64,000 bases of DNA from Anaerolineales bacterium (GTDB lineage Bacteria > Chloroflexota > Anaerolineae > Anaerolineales > E44-bin32), in NCBI GenBank assembly GCA_037382465.1, contig JARRPX010000013.1, forward strand, positions 6,640 to 70,639, read 5' to 3'. The position numbers were made by a program, and so were the translations under genes. This document shows positions 19,020 through 28,392 of this stretch, in pieces (position 1 is the first letter of the stretch; every line of letters begins with the position of its first letter). The notes beneath the pieces are model-generated. The model had not been told where the DNA came from. It made no database searches and was given only the letters and a program-made list of their open reading frames with translations.

Positions 19020-19185
19020 ACGTAAGACCTGCGGGGTTGGATACCCCGCCGACGAGGCTCAGAACCGATCTGGGTTACTCGTCACCAGGAGGTGGCTACC
19101 GGGAACGCAAACCCCTCCGAGGCTGCTCGAAAGAGAAGCCGTAGAAAAGCGAGGCATCCTGCCGCCGCCTCGCTTTTCATTATTT
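19020..19185 (+). ncRNA. candidate small structured RNA of unknown class (own -10, own terminator)
   Basis: TATAAT at 19010..19015. Four consecutive hairpins follow: 19031..19049 (7 bp), 19051..19083 (6 bp outer plus inner stem), 19088..19118 (GGAGG/CCTCC), and 19121..19140 with a GAAA tetraloop. A 3' intrinsic terminator closes it. No ORF. Confidence 0.3.
19147..19185 (+). terminator. intrinsic terminator
   Basis: 9-bp stem 'aagcgaggc'/'gcctcgctt' followed by 'ttttcattattt'. Confidence 0.65.
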
Positions 19186-19239
19186 AACCGACCGCGTGGA
19201 ATTATTGAAGCCGTACGCTGCCGAGGATCGATGTTCCAA

Positions 19240-19268
19240 TTGGTTTCAAAACGAGAACTCGTTACAAT
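19240..19268 (+). promoter_or_regulatory. sigma70-type promoter of the HTH gene
   Basis: TTGGTT, 17-nt spacer, TACAAT. About 35 nt upstream of the ATG at 19304. Confidence 0.45.
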
Positions 19269-19303
19269 ATAGCGGTGCCAACCTGATCGTAAAGCGAGTG
19301 ACG

Positions 19304-19849
19304 ATGGTCGTCAAGAACGATTCCAAATATTTTCCGCTTAATCAATTTCTGAGTCGCAGCTCAAAGAAGCGCGTACGACTGTCGTTTACCGAAATCGAGA
19401 AAATTCTGGATGCCCCGTTGCCGGAGTCGGCGAAGAGAGGGCGTTCATTTTGGAGTAACCGAGCTCGCGGAGGAGTTCAGGCCGCAGCATGGCTCGAAGC
19501 GGGTTTTCGTGTCGCGGATGTGGACCTGATTGGGCGGGTCGTCGTTTTTCGGCGCCCTATCTTGCGGTACAGCGTGCGAAGAGAGGGGAACGAGATTCGC
19601 TGGGATGCGGGTATGGTTCGCGCTTTCCGCGCGTACCTTGGCGTCAATCAGGCGGAGATGGCTGAAATGCTCGGCGTCCGCCAGCAAACGGTAAGTGAAT
19701 GGGAAACTGCTGCATACACGCCCACGCGATCCCGGTCAAAATACTTGACGCTGGTGGCGGAGCAGCGCGGGTTTTATCTGGGAGGGGGTGAACAGGAAAT
19801 CTCCGCGCAGTCAATTCTAGACATTGACAAGGATGACGAAACCGTGTAG
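19304..19849 (+). CDS. XRE-family helix-turn-helix protein with N-terminal 'KYxPLxxFL...LSFxEIExIL..LPxSA...FWSN' domain
   Basis: Start chosen at 'MVVKNDSKYFPLNQFL', which is how this domain family typically begins. C-terminal HTH 'LGVNQAEMAEMLGVRQQTVSEWE'. The ORF-track start 19196 (GTG) would cross the promoter. Confidence 0.65.
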   Translation: MVVKNDSKYFPLNQFLSRSSKKRVRLSFTEIEKILDAPLPESAKRGRSFWSNRARGGVQAAAWLEAGFRVADVDLIGRVVVFRRPILRYSVRREGNEIRWDAGMVRAFRAYLGVNQAEMAEMLGVRQQTVSEWETAAYTPTRSRSKYLTLVAEQRGFYLGGGEQEISAQSILDIDKDDETV

Positions 19850-20379
19850 AATGTCACTGCGTTGGATGCCGGTTCTGGCCCGGAAGTGTATCTACTAAGG
19901 TACGTGAAAAGAAACGTGCGGCAGGGGGTGGAAATGCACGCAGGTCATGGTAAATCTCAGGCGCTTTTCCTTTTCTCGAGGGGGCAATTGATATCGCACG
20001 AAATGATATGCTCGGGAGAGAAAACAACACAATTCGAGGGCGCTTGTCAATATTCCTCACAGGGGCGCATGCCAGGGTTAAAGAAATTGGAAGTCAATCC
20101 ATCTGGGCAGGCCTCTCGGTTGGGACAAGTCAGTGATTTGGCCCCGATATGTGCGCTGGAGAAATTGGGAAGTCTCGGGAAATGGCAAGAGAACATCGGT
20201 GAGACTTACCCATCACAGTTTCTTCCCTTGCGGGTGTTCAAGTGCCGCCAGATGCTGATGTTAATCGTGCCCGGATTGCGCGACGATGATGCGTCTGCGT
20301 TACAGGTGGGCTGAGGACGATCCCGATCCGAGGCCGTCTTAGCGCGATGGAACGATCCTTGCAGTACCAACGTAACGTG

Positions 20380-20407
20380 TTGCGAAGTTCGGGGTTTTGG
20401 CTATATT
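20380..20407 (+). promoter_or_regulatory. sigma70-type promoter of the J-domain gene
   Basis: TTGCGA, 16-nt spacer, TATATT. Ends 14 nt upstream of the ATG at 20422. Confidence 0.4.
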
Positions 20408-20421
20408 GAATTCAAAGGGGG

Positions 20422-21276
20422 ATGTTCTCTGCGAACGAGAAAAAACGCAGTTTTTATTTTGGGCGACGAGTGATGTTCAAACGGCGTAATCAAGGTTCGT
20501 TAAAACGCGCAGTAGACCGGGCAACCGATCCCGAAATTTTCGACTTAAAATCGAACATCGCAGAACGACAAGACCGGATCGCGGATCTCGAGCTGGAACT
20601 CTCAGACACAAAAAACGAGTTGTCGCGTTTCGAGATCGAATATGAGACTCGTGTCGGACATCTCCAGCGACGATTGGAAGATGCCCGGAGCCAGTTGAAG
20701 GCCGCACGCCGACGAACAGCGCATCAAAATCAGGTGGATGCAGGCGCAGTTGAAGACGAAATCCCGGATGTGATGGAGCAATTCAAACGAACGTGGACTC
20801 GACGTAAGACACCTCCACCACCACCTGCTCCGGAGGAACCGGCGATTGAGATCTCAAAGGAAGAGCTTAAATCTCTTTTCCGCTCCCTGGCCAAGCTCTA
20901 TCACCCGGACCTGGTGACCGAGCCCTATGACAAAAAACGGCGTGCGGAAGTGATGACGAAAATCAATCAGGCCTATGCAGCAGGTGACGTGGCGACCTTG
21001 CAATCGTTCCTCGAACCCGCGACTTCGCCCGAGCCTCCCCCCAGGAAGAGCCGAGCCGAAATGATCGTTGAATTGCGAGAGGAGTTACAGCGCCTCGACC
21101 GTGTGGTACGTGATCTGGAAAGCGAACTTAACCGCCTCATCAATTCAGAAACAGTCCGCCTGATGTTGGATGTCAGTATCGCGCAGCGCGAGGGGCGTGA
21201 CCTGTTGGGCGAGATGGCAGAGGAATTGACGGTCGAGATCGAGCAAGTCGAAGCGGAATATCGCGCGCTGCATTAA
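20422..21276 (+). CDS. J-domain protein flanked by coiled coils
   Basis: Central J domain 'LKSLFRSLAKLYHPDLV...KINQAYAAGD' with an HPD motif. Heptad-rich N- and C-terminal segments and a poly-Pro linker. An alternative start at 20473 is possible. Confidence 0.7.
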   Translation: MFSANEKKRSFYFGRRVMFKRRNQGSLKRAVDRATDPEIFDLKSNIAERQDRIADLELELSDTKNELSRFEIEYETRVGHLQRRLEDARSQLKAARRRTAHQNQVDAGAVEDEIPDVMEQFKRTWTRRKTPPPPPAPEEPAIEISKEELKSLFRSLAKLYHPDLVTEPYDKKRRAEVMTKINQAYAAGDVATLQSFLEPATSPEPPPRKSRAEMIVELREELQRLDRVVRDLESELNRLINSETVRLMLDVSIAQREGRDLLGEMAEELTVEIEQVEAEYRALH

Positions 21277-21342
21277 TTGGGCCTGCCGGCAATCAGCCAG
21301 CTTTATTGTTACGAGATGACGATTACGAGCGAGTAGTTTCCC

Positions 21343-21804
21343 ATGGGCGTTTCTTACTACGTGGTCCCAGCCGCTATCGCCGATCAATTTCCTTGGGCAG
21401 CCGATACTTTGCGTCGCTTTGACATGCTTCCGCACTTGACTCATGAACCGGGCAGGAATCCGACTCTCCTGGAAGTGCGCGAAGTCCTTGATAAGCTGCC
21501 TGACTTTAGTGTGGACTATGTCGTTGGCCATGACAATTGGCAAGCGGAAATTCGTGCTGATGCAGGCGCACCGCTGCTCCGCTCCACGGCGCTTTTGAAT
21601 GCTATTGACTTCCGGGGGGATGAAACGATACCGCATCTGATCTGCTTCGAGAAGGGAGATCTGAAGCTTGACGTTCTTATCGTCGAGCATCTCTCTAGAA
21701 TTTGCGGCACTATCTACGTTATTCCTGATACAGGAGCCCGGCCTTTACACGTCCATCCAGGCATCGACCCCAGCGAGGCGGTCAGGTATTGGAAAACAAA
21801 ATAG
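21343..21804 (+). CDS. hypothetical protein (153 aa), no recognisable motif
   Basis: Intact ORF, co-directional and 66 nt after the J-domain gene. The composition looks protein-like. I could recognise no domain. Confidence 0.5.
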   Translation: MGVSYYVVPAAIADQFPWAADTLRRFDMLPHLTHEPGRNPTLLEVREVLDKLPDFSVDYVVGHDNWQAEIRADAGAPLLRSTALLNAIDFRGDETIPHLICFEKGDLKLDVLIVEHLSRICGTIYVIPDTGARPLHVHPGIDPSEAVRYWKTK

Positions 21805-21868
21805 CCTGTTTTTATCAGATGATCGGACCACGCAGTTCAGAGCCGAGATCCGCATCGAGGACGAAGTC

Positions 21869-21899
21869 AAAACCCCCGATTTCAACTCGAAATCGGGGG
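21869..21899 (-). terminator. intrinsic terminator of acnA
   Basis: 11-bp stem 'cccccgatttc'/'gaaatcggggg'. On the minus strand it is followed by TTTTG. It lies 42 nt downstream of the acnA stop. Confidence 0.8.
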
Positions 21900-21940
21900 C
21901 TTCGTTATCGTAAAGCAGGGATCCTTTTGTTTCCGTCTGG

Positions 21941-24655
21941 CTATGTCTCGGAATCGACGATCATCTTCCGCAGGACGCTGTGCAGGATTCCACCGTTGCG
22001 ATAATAGTCGATCTCGATGGGCGTATCGATTCGGACTCGGACATCGAAGCTGGTTCTGGCGTCGTCATCTCCGGTGGCGTGGACCTGCAGAACTGACCCG
22101 GGTCGAACGTCGTCATCGAGGCCTTCGATATCGTAGACTTCGTGACCCGTTAGCCCCAATTTCTGTGCGTTCTCGCCCGGGTTGAACTGCAGCGGCAGCA
22201 CCCCCATGCCCACGAGATTCGAGCGGTGAATGCGCTCGTAGGACTCGGCGATCACGGCTTTTACGCCCAGGAGCAGCGTGCCTTTTGCGGCCCAATCCCG
22301 GGATGACCCGGTTCCGTACTCTTTTCCGGCGATGACGATCAATGGAACCTCTTCGTCTTTGTATTTCATGGCGGCTTCGTAGATGCTCGTTTGTTCGCCG
22401 TCGGGGAAATGCAGCGTAAAGCCGCCTTCCACGCCGGGGACGAGCAGGTTTTTGAGGCGAATGTTGCCAAATGTTCCGCGGGTCATTACGCGGTCGTTTC
22501 CGCGCCGCGAACCGAAGGAATTGAAATCTGCCGGTTTTACATCATGGTCCTGGAGATACTGACCTGCCGGCTCGGATGCGGGTATCGCGCCGGCTGGTGA
22601 AATGTGATCGGTAGTGATGCTGTCGCCCAGCAGGGCAAGCACGCGCGCAGCGTGGATTTCCGTTACGGCGGGGATATCCGGTCCCAGATCGATAAAAAAA
22701 GGCGGTTCTTGAATGTAGGTTGAGTCAGGATCCCATTCGTACAGACTTCCGCCCGTTTCGGGTATCGCATTCCATGTGGCGTTGCCGGAAAAGACATCCG
22801 CATATCGTTCCCGGAAGATTTTCGAATTGACGGTTTTTTCGATCGTCTCCGCGATTTGGGATTGCAAAGGCCAGATATCTCGCAGGAAAACCGCTTCTCC
22901 CGAGTCGTCGTTACCGATCGGTTCCGTGTTGAAGTCGATGTCTATCTTTCCGGCCAGCGCGTACGCGACGACCAGCGGGGGAGACGCCAGGTAATTCGCC
23001 TGTACGAACGGATTGATTCGTCCTTCGAAATTACGATTGCCCGACAGGATCGCCGCAGCGATCAAATCGTTTTCTGTGACGGCCTTGGCGACTTCTGCGG
23101 GCAGCGGGCCGCTGTTCCCGATACAGGTCGTACAGCCGTAACCAACGACGTTGAACCCTAGTTTTGACAGTGGATCAAGCAGATTGGCCTTGCTCAAGTA
23201 TTCTGTGACGACCCTCGATCCCGGAGCCAGGCTGGTTTTCACGTAGGGCTTGACCTGTAAACCTCGCTCCACGGCGTTCCGGGCCAACAATCCGGCGCCG
23301 ATCATCACGCTGGGGTTGGACGTATTCGTACAAGAAGTGATCGCTGCGATCACCAAGGCGCCATGACCAACGGTCTCGCTGCTGCCGTTCGATTGCAAGG
23401 AGGCCTTCCGTTGGAGATCGGTTTCCTGCAGCCCGTATCCACCTTTCCGTGTAGGCGTGCTCAAGATCTCGTGGAAGCGCGATTTCATCTCGGAAAGTGG
23501 AATTCGGTCCTGTGGACGCTTGGGACCGGCGAGGCTGGTCTCGACGGTGCCGAGATCCAATTCGAGTTCAGCACTGAACGACGGCACGGGTGAATCTTGG
23601 GTGTGGAACAGCGCTTGCTCCTTGCAATAGCGTTCTACGAGATCGATGCGCTTTTCGCTTCGTCCCGTCAAACGCAGATAGCGCAAGGTTTCGTCGTCGA
23701 CTGGGAAGAACCCGGCCGTAGCGCCATACTCGGGCGACATGTTGGAAATTGTGGCACGATCCGGAATGGAAAGGTTGGACAATCCGGGTCCATGAAATTC
23801 TACGAATTTGCCCACAACGCCGAACTGGCGCAGCATTTGCGTAACCGTGAGGACGACATCCGTGGCCGTTGTTCCTTCCCGGATTTGCCCGACGAGCCGG
23901 AAACCGACGACGTCGGGTGTGGGAATCACGAGTGGCTGTCCGAGAATGGCGGCCTCTGCTTCGATCCCGCCCACGCCCCAACCGAGCACACCCAGCGCGT
24001 TGATCATCGTGGTGTGCGAATCGGTGCCCACGAGAGTATCCGGAAAGGCGAGGGTGTGCCCATCTTGCTTTGCAGTCATGACCACTTTTGCGAGATACTC
24101 CAAATTGACCTGGTGGACGATGCCCGTAGCAGGCGGAACGACGCGCAGATTGTCGAACGCTTCCTGGCTCCAACGCAGGAATTCGTAGCGCTCTCGATTG
24201 CGCTGGAATTCAAGCTCCGCATTGCGTTCCAAGGCCGCTGCAGAGGCGAAGTAATCCACCTGGACCGAATGGTCGATCACCAAATCTACCGGGATATGCG
24301 GGTTGATACGTTCGGGATTCCCTCCCGCTTTCGCGAGTGCGGAGCGCATGGCTGCCAGATCGACGATGGCCGGCACGCCGGTGAAATCCTGCATGACCAC
24401 CCTCATGGGTTTGAAGGGTACGTTGGTTTGGTTGGTTTCATCCGGGCGCCATCCAGCGAGATTGATAACGTCTTCCGATTTGATCACGTATCCGTCTACC
24501 TGCCGCAGTACCGATTCCAGTAAAACACGAATGGAGTATGGGAGACGATCGATATTTGCGATTCCGGCGTCCTCAAGTGCCGCCAGTCGATAGATTCGAA
24601 CCTTTCCCATTCCGGTGTCAAGTTGGGCTGCTGCGTTGAATTTGTCCGCTTTCAT
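21941..24655 (-). CDS. acnA: aconitate hydratase A
   Basis: 'IDHSVQVD', '[10 protein letters not shown]', '[11 protein letters not shown]', and swivel domain '[16 protein letters not shown]'. Start at 'MKADKF' (GGAGA 6 nt upstream) gives 904 aa. Confidence 0.95.
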   Translation of the reverse strand: MKADKFNAAAQLDTGMGKVRIYRLAALEDAGIANIDRLPYSIRVLLESVLRQVDGYVIKSEDVINLAGWRPDETNQTNVPFKPMRVVMQDFTGVPAIVDLAAMRSALAKAGGNPERINPHIPVDLVIDHSVQVDYFASAAALERNAELEFQRNRERYEFLRWSQEAFDNLRVVPPATGIVHQVNLEYLAKVVMTAKQDGHTLAFPDTLVGTDSHTTMINALGVLGWGVGGIEAEAAILGQPLVIPTPDVVGFRLVGQIREGTTATDVVLTVTQMLRQFGVVGKFVEFHGPGLSNLSIPDRATISNMSPEYGATAGFFPVDDETLRYLRLTGRSEKRIDLVERYCKEQALFHTQDSPVPSFSAELELDLGTVETSLAGPKRPQDRIPLSEMKSRFHEILSTPTRKGGYGLQETDLQRKASLQSNGSSETVGHGALVIAAITSCTNTSNPSVMIGAGLLARNAVERGLQVKPYVKTSLAPGSRVVTEYLSKANLLDPLSKLGFNVVGYGCTTCIGNSGPLPAEVAKAVTENDLIAAAILSGNRNFEGRINPFVQANYLASPPLVVAYALAGKIDIDFNTEPIGNDDSGEAVFLRDIWPLQSQIAETIEKTVNSKIFRERYADVFSGNATWNAIPETGGSLYEWDPDSTYIQEPPFFIDLGPDIPAVTEIHAARVLALLGDSITTDHISPAGAIPASEPAGQYLQDHDVKPADFNSFGSRRGNDRVMTRGTFGNIRLKNLLVPGVEGGFTLHFPDGEQTSIYEAAMKYKDEEVPLIVIAGKEYGTGSSRDWAAKGTLLLGVKAVIAESYERIHRSNLVGMGVLPLQFNPGENAQKLGLTGHEVYDIEGLDDDVRPGSVLQVHATGDDDARTSFDVRVRIDTPIEIDYYRNGGILHSVLRKMIVDSET

Positions 24656-24778
24656 TCGTTTCTCCATTTCATCGCTTTCGTTCACTACCAATTTCTCAAT
24701 TCTTGAAACTGTACTTAAAGAGTATAATCGAAAGGCGTTCGTCTCTGTTCGTCTGTTTATCATCTAATAATTCATGGT

Positions 24779-27700
24779 ATGAACGTTAGTATATCTTTAC
24801 TCATTTGCCTGTGGTTGCTCGGGCTATTGTTCATCACCCTTCACCGCATTGGAATCCGGTACACACCGATGCTGCTGCGAGTGGCGTTATTCGCCCTCGT
24901 TGTGGTGCGTATTTGGCGACCGGTCTTGATTGCCATCTTCCAGGCTAATCCTTCCCTGATCCTTAAGGATACGGCGCTATCCTTTACCTTCATCTCACCG
25001 ATTTTGGGTCCAGTGATTTTCATTACATTATTGATGGTCGCCACGTATGACGGGCCATTGCGGGCGAATCTATTGACCTTTAACCTCGGTGCGGTTGCTT
25101 TACTTTCAGGAGTGTTAACTGCAATCGCCACACATTGGTTCGCAGCATTGGTAATTGGTCTTGCGCCAGGTCTCGACGAGATTCTATCTTTACTCGAGTA
25201 TCGACAATACGCTGCCAGCATCATTGCATTCGTCATTGGTATATATACGAATGCCTTGATTTATCAGCTCATTCTAAAATATTGGCAGCGCAAGGCTTTC
25301 TGGCTGGCGTGCCTCGGTTCCATCGTCGCCGGCTGGATGACAAGTATATTATTTACCTTCGGGGGATATGCAGGCACGATGGATATTTCCTGGATTCTAA
25401 AGGCTGAGTTAACCGGGTGGACTTTATCTGGTCTTTTCTTATATCCCATGGCAAGTGTCTATCTCCGCTACCTTCAACGCCAATTGGAACGAGGTCGATG
25501 GGGCCAGACGCAAGGGAGCAGATCGTCGCTGGGAATCGTCCGGGGCTCTCTGAATCTACGCATGGCGTTCGAAGATCTGGAGCGGCAGTTGCTGCAGGAA
25601 AGCGGAGCCTTTCGTCTTCTCTATGAAGTGCGTGAACGTGTGCTCCGTGCGCGGACGCCTAAAAAGCTTATTGAGGAAATCTGTCATTTGTTGCTGGCGT
25701 ATGGGGGTTATCGTTTTGTGTGGGTAAGACTCGCTGATGACAGGATTTCAAATCTCAATATCGCTGCGTCGTGCGGTGAAGAAGCTGGCGGGTTGGATGC
25801 TTTCGAAGAAATGATCGACAGTATCTATTCAGCGGAAGATTTTACGGATGTGGATTCCCGGTATGTCGATCCCATCGTGCTCCGCAATATGCAGCGGGAC
25901 CATCGCCTGGCGGAGTGGCGCGAGGAGATCGAACGGCGAGGCTTTCATTCGACGGCAGTTCTTCCACTGCAAATGGAAGGCCGTCTCATGGGTTCGATCA
26001 ACATTGTGGCCACAGAGGCCGAAGCGTTCAACGGCGAAATGATCGAAGTGTTGCGAGTCGTCGCGGATGATCTGTCTCACGGAATCGCACGTCTGCAAAT
26101 GGAAAAACGCCGCGGAGAGGAATTCGAGGCGCTGCGTAAAGCCAGCTTGAGCATGATTTCAAGTCTGGAATCGAAGTCGGTGTTGGAAAATGTCCTCAGG
26201 CACACGCTGGAATTCATAGATGCGGATGATGCCCACATCTTTTTATTCGATGGGAACGAAGTCTTTTTTGGTGCTGCACGCTGGGCAGGTAAGGATCACG
26301 ATGAGCCATACTCGGAACCGCGCCCGAATGGATTGACCTACAAGGTGGCAAGAAGCGGGAAAGCGATCGTGATCAACAATACCGCTGAGCATGAGGTTTA
26401 CCAGGATGATCTCTGGGAAGGCGCCATCGTCGGCATGCCGCTGAAGAGCGGTGAGCGCACCGTTGGGGTGATGAATGTCGCCTACCTCCAACCCCACGAG
26501 TTCGAACATGTTGAACTGCGCATGTTGCAGATTCTGGCCGATCAGGCTGCAATCGCGATCGAGAATGTCCGTCTATACGAGGCCAGTGAATCCGAGCGCC
26601 AGCGAGTTTATCTGTTGCACGACATCGCCCAGGTAGTTTCACAGACGTTGGATCCTCTGGAGCTCCTTCAACGCGCAGTGACCCTGATCAACGATAATCT
26701 GAAGGGTGAATCGACCGAAGCCTTCATGCTCGACCCGTATGGGGACAGGATGCACCTTCTCGCTTCAGTCCATCCCGAGCGCATCTCAATCTCCGACTTG
26801 GACAGCCGCATCGATATGCGTGTCGGAAAAGGATTGATCGGATGGGTGGCGGAGCACGGCAAACCCATCCTGCGGGCCGATGTACGTGGGGATGAACTTT
26901 GGCTGCGGATTCCCGGCGTGGGTGAAAACGTGCGTTCGGCGTTGTGCGTTCCCGTATATGCCAACGCAGATCTACGGGCCGTGATCGCTGTCTTTCACAA
27001 GAAAGTGGGTGCATTCCGCAGCGAGCATCTCGATTTGCTCGTATCGATCGCGCATCAAGTCGGACTGGCGCTGACGAACGCCGAGCGATATCAGCAGATC
27101 AATCGGCGGCTTTCGGAGCTGACCACTTTGCGGCACGTGGCGCAAGTCGTTAACCGCAGGTTGAATATGCAGTCGCTTCTATTCGAGGTCGTCAAACAGG
27201 TGGGTGAAGAGTTGGGTTATCCAGTCGTTGAAATCTATCTTGTCGAAGACGACGAACTCGTGCTGCGAGCGGCTCGCGGCAGTGAGGATGCGATTCCCTT
27301 CCGATTGCCCATGTCGCAGGGGGTGACAGGCCGGGCAGCCCGCATGGCGGAAGCGATATTCGTTCCCGATGTGAGTTTAGATTCCGAGTATGTATCGGGT
27401 GGCACCCTTTCACAATGCGAGATTGCGGTTCCGCTGCAGAAGGATGATGTCGTCATCGGGGTGTTGAATGTGGAATCCCCGATTCGGAACGATCTAAACG
27501 AAGACGACATGCGTCTGCTCATGCTGCTTGCCGATAATATATCCATCGCCATTGAAAATGCCGCTCTATACGAACGATTAAGCCGGCACGCAGAGGAACT
27601 TGAAGCAACCATTGCCGATCGGACGGAAGAGCTGGCTGAAGCATTGAAGAAAGCCCAGGAAGCGGATCGCTTGAAAACGCAGTTCGTATCAGATGTCTCC

Positions 27701-28381
27701 CATGAACTGCGTACTCCGCTGAGCAACATCTTGCTCTATTTGGAATTGCTGGGAATGGGAAAACCGGATCGTTTTGAATCTTATCTGGAGACCTTGAATC
27801 GCGAGACCGAGCGTCTGGTTGTCTTGATCGACGATTTGCTGACCGTTTCCAGGTTGGATGCGGATACGATGGAAATGAGGTCCAATCTCGTCGATTTGAA
27901 CAGCATCGCACGTGGTTTGGTGGAAGATCGGAAGAAATTATTTGCAGAAAAGAATTTACAGGTGGGATTCGAATTATCCAAGGAACTGCCCGATGTCGTC
28001 GCAGATGATCGTCTTCTTTCTCAGGTCGTTTCCAACCTGATGACGAATGCGATGAACTATACCCCGCCAGGAGGTTGTGTGACGATTTCCACCGCGATTA
28101 AGAAGGAAAATGGGAAGCGCTGGGCCACGTTGTCTGTCAAAGATACGGGACTCGGAATCACGGAAGAGGAAAAGGCGCGTGTTTTTCAAAGATTCTTTCG
28201 GGGTAAGGCCAGCCGGAAAGTCGGCACGCCTGGTACGGGCCTAGGGTTGGCAATTTGCGAGGAGATCATCCAACGGCATGCAGGGCAGATTTCACTGGAG
28301 AGCGAAGAAGGAGCCGGCAGCGCTTTCACCATCTGGCTGCCTCTCGGGCAGGATCTCACCGCCAAAGAACCCGCTTCCTGA
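24779..28381 (+). CDS. multi-sensor histidine kinase (polytopic N-terminal domain, ~5 GAF domains, HisKA, HATPase)
   Basis: About 240 aa with 7-8 TM helices, then repeated GAF-like modules. H-box 'FVSDVSHELRTPLSNI'. N/G boxes 'NLMTNAMNYTPPGG' and 'GTGLGLAICEEI'. Confidence 0.88.
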   Translation: MNVSISLLICLWLLGLLFITLHRIGIRYTPMLLRVALFALVVVRIWRPVLIAIFQANPSLILKDTALSFTFISPILGPVIFITLLMVATYDGPLRANLLTFNLGAVALLSGVLTAIATHWFAALVIGLAPGLDEILSLLEYRQYAASIIAFVIGIYTNALIYQLILKYWQRKAFWLACLGSIVAGWMTSILFTFGGYAGTMDISWILKAELTGWTLSGLFLYPMASVYLRYLQRQLERGRWGQTQGSRSSLGIVRGSLNLRMAFEDLERQLLQESGAFRLLYEVRERVLRARTPKKLIEEICHLLLAYGGYRFVWVRLADDRISNLNIAASCGEEAGGLDAFEEMIDSIYSAEDFTDVDSRYVDPIVLRNMQRDHRLAEWREEIERRGFHSTAVLPLQMEGRLMGSINIVATEAEAFNGEMIEVLRVVADDLSHGIARLQMEKRRGEEFEALRKASLSMISSLESKSVLENVLRHTLEFIDADDAHIFLFDGNEVFFGAARWAGKDHDEPYSEPRPNGLTYKVARSGKAIVINNTAEHEVYQDDLWEGAIVGMPLKSGERTVGVMNVAYLQPHEFEHVELRMLQILADQAAIAIENVRLYEASESERQRVYLLHDIAQVVSQTLDPLELLQRAVTLINDNLKGESTEAFMLDPYGDRMHLLASVHPERISISDLDSRIDMRVGKGLIGWVAEHGKPILRADVRGDELWLRIPGVGENVRSALCVPVYANADLRAVIAVFHKKVGAFRSEHLDLLVSIAHQVGLALTNAERYQQINRRLSELTTLRHVAQVVNRRLNMQSLLFEVVKQVGEELGYPVVEIYLVEDDELVLRAARGSEDAIPFRLPMSQGVTGRAARMAEAIFVPDVSLDSEYVSGGTLSQCEIAVPLQKDDVVIGVLNVESPIRNDLNEDDMRLLMLLADNISIAIENAALYERLSRHAEELEATIADRTEELAEALKKAQEADRLKTQFVSDVSHELRTPLSNILLYLELLGMGKPDRFESYLETLNRETERLVVLIDDLLTVSRLDADTMEMRSNLVDLNSIARGLVEDRKKLFAEKNLQVGFELSKELPDVVADDRLLSQVVSNLMTNAMNYTPPGGCVTISTAIKKENGKRWATLSVKDTGLGITEEEKARVFQRFFRGKASRKVGTPGTGLGLAICEEIIQRHAGQISLESEEGAGSAFTIWLPLGQDLTAKEPAS

Positions 28382-28392
28382 GCGCGGTCGGA

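Noticed and set aside
19088-19105. T-box-like sequence 'AGGAGGTGGCTACCGGGAA' inside the candidate sRNA
   Set aside because: It resembles the T-box core (GGGTGGTACCGCG) only loosely, with an extra nucleotide. I could draw no specifier-loop, stem I or AG-bay architecture. The element is too short (~165 nt), and no aminoacyl-tRNA synthetase or amino-acid gene follows.
19101-19140. c-di-GMP-I (GEMM-I)-like fragment 'GGAACGCAAACCCCTCCGAGGC...GAAA'
   Set aside because: It shares 'ACGCAAA..C.TCCG' and a GAAA tetraloop with my memory of the Vc2 riboswitch. However, the order of elements is wrong (the GNRA hairpin should precede ACGCAAAGC) and the 5' 'GGCAAACC' half is absent.
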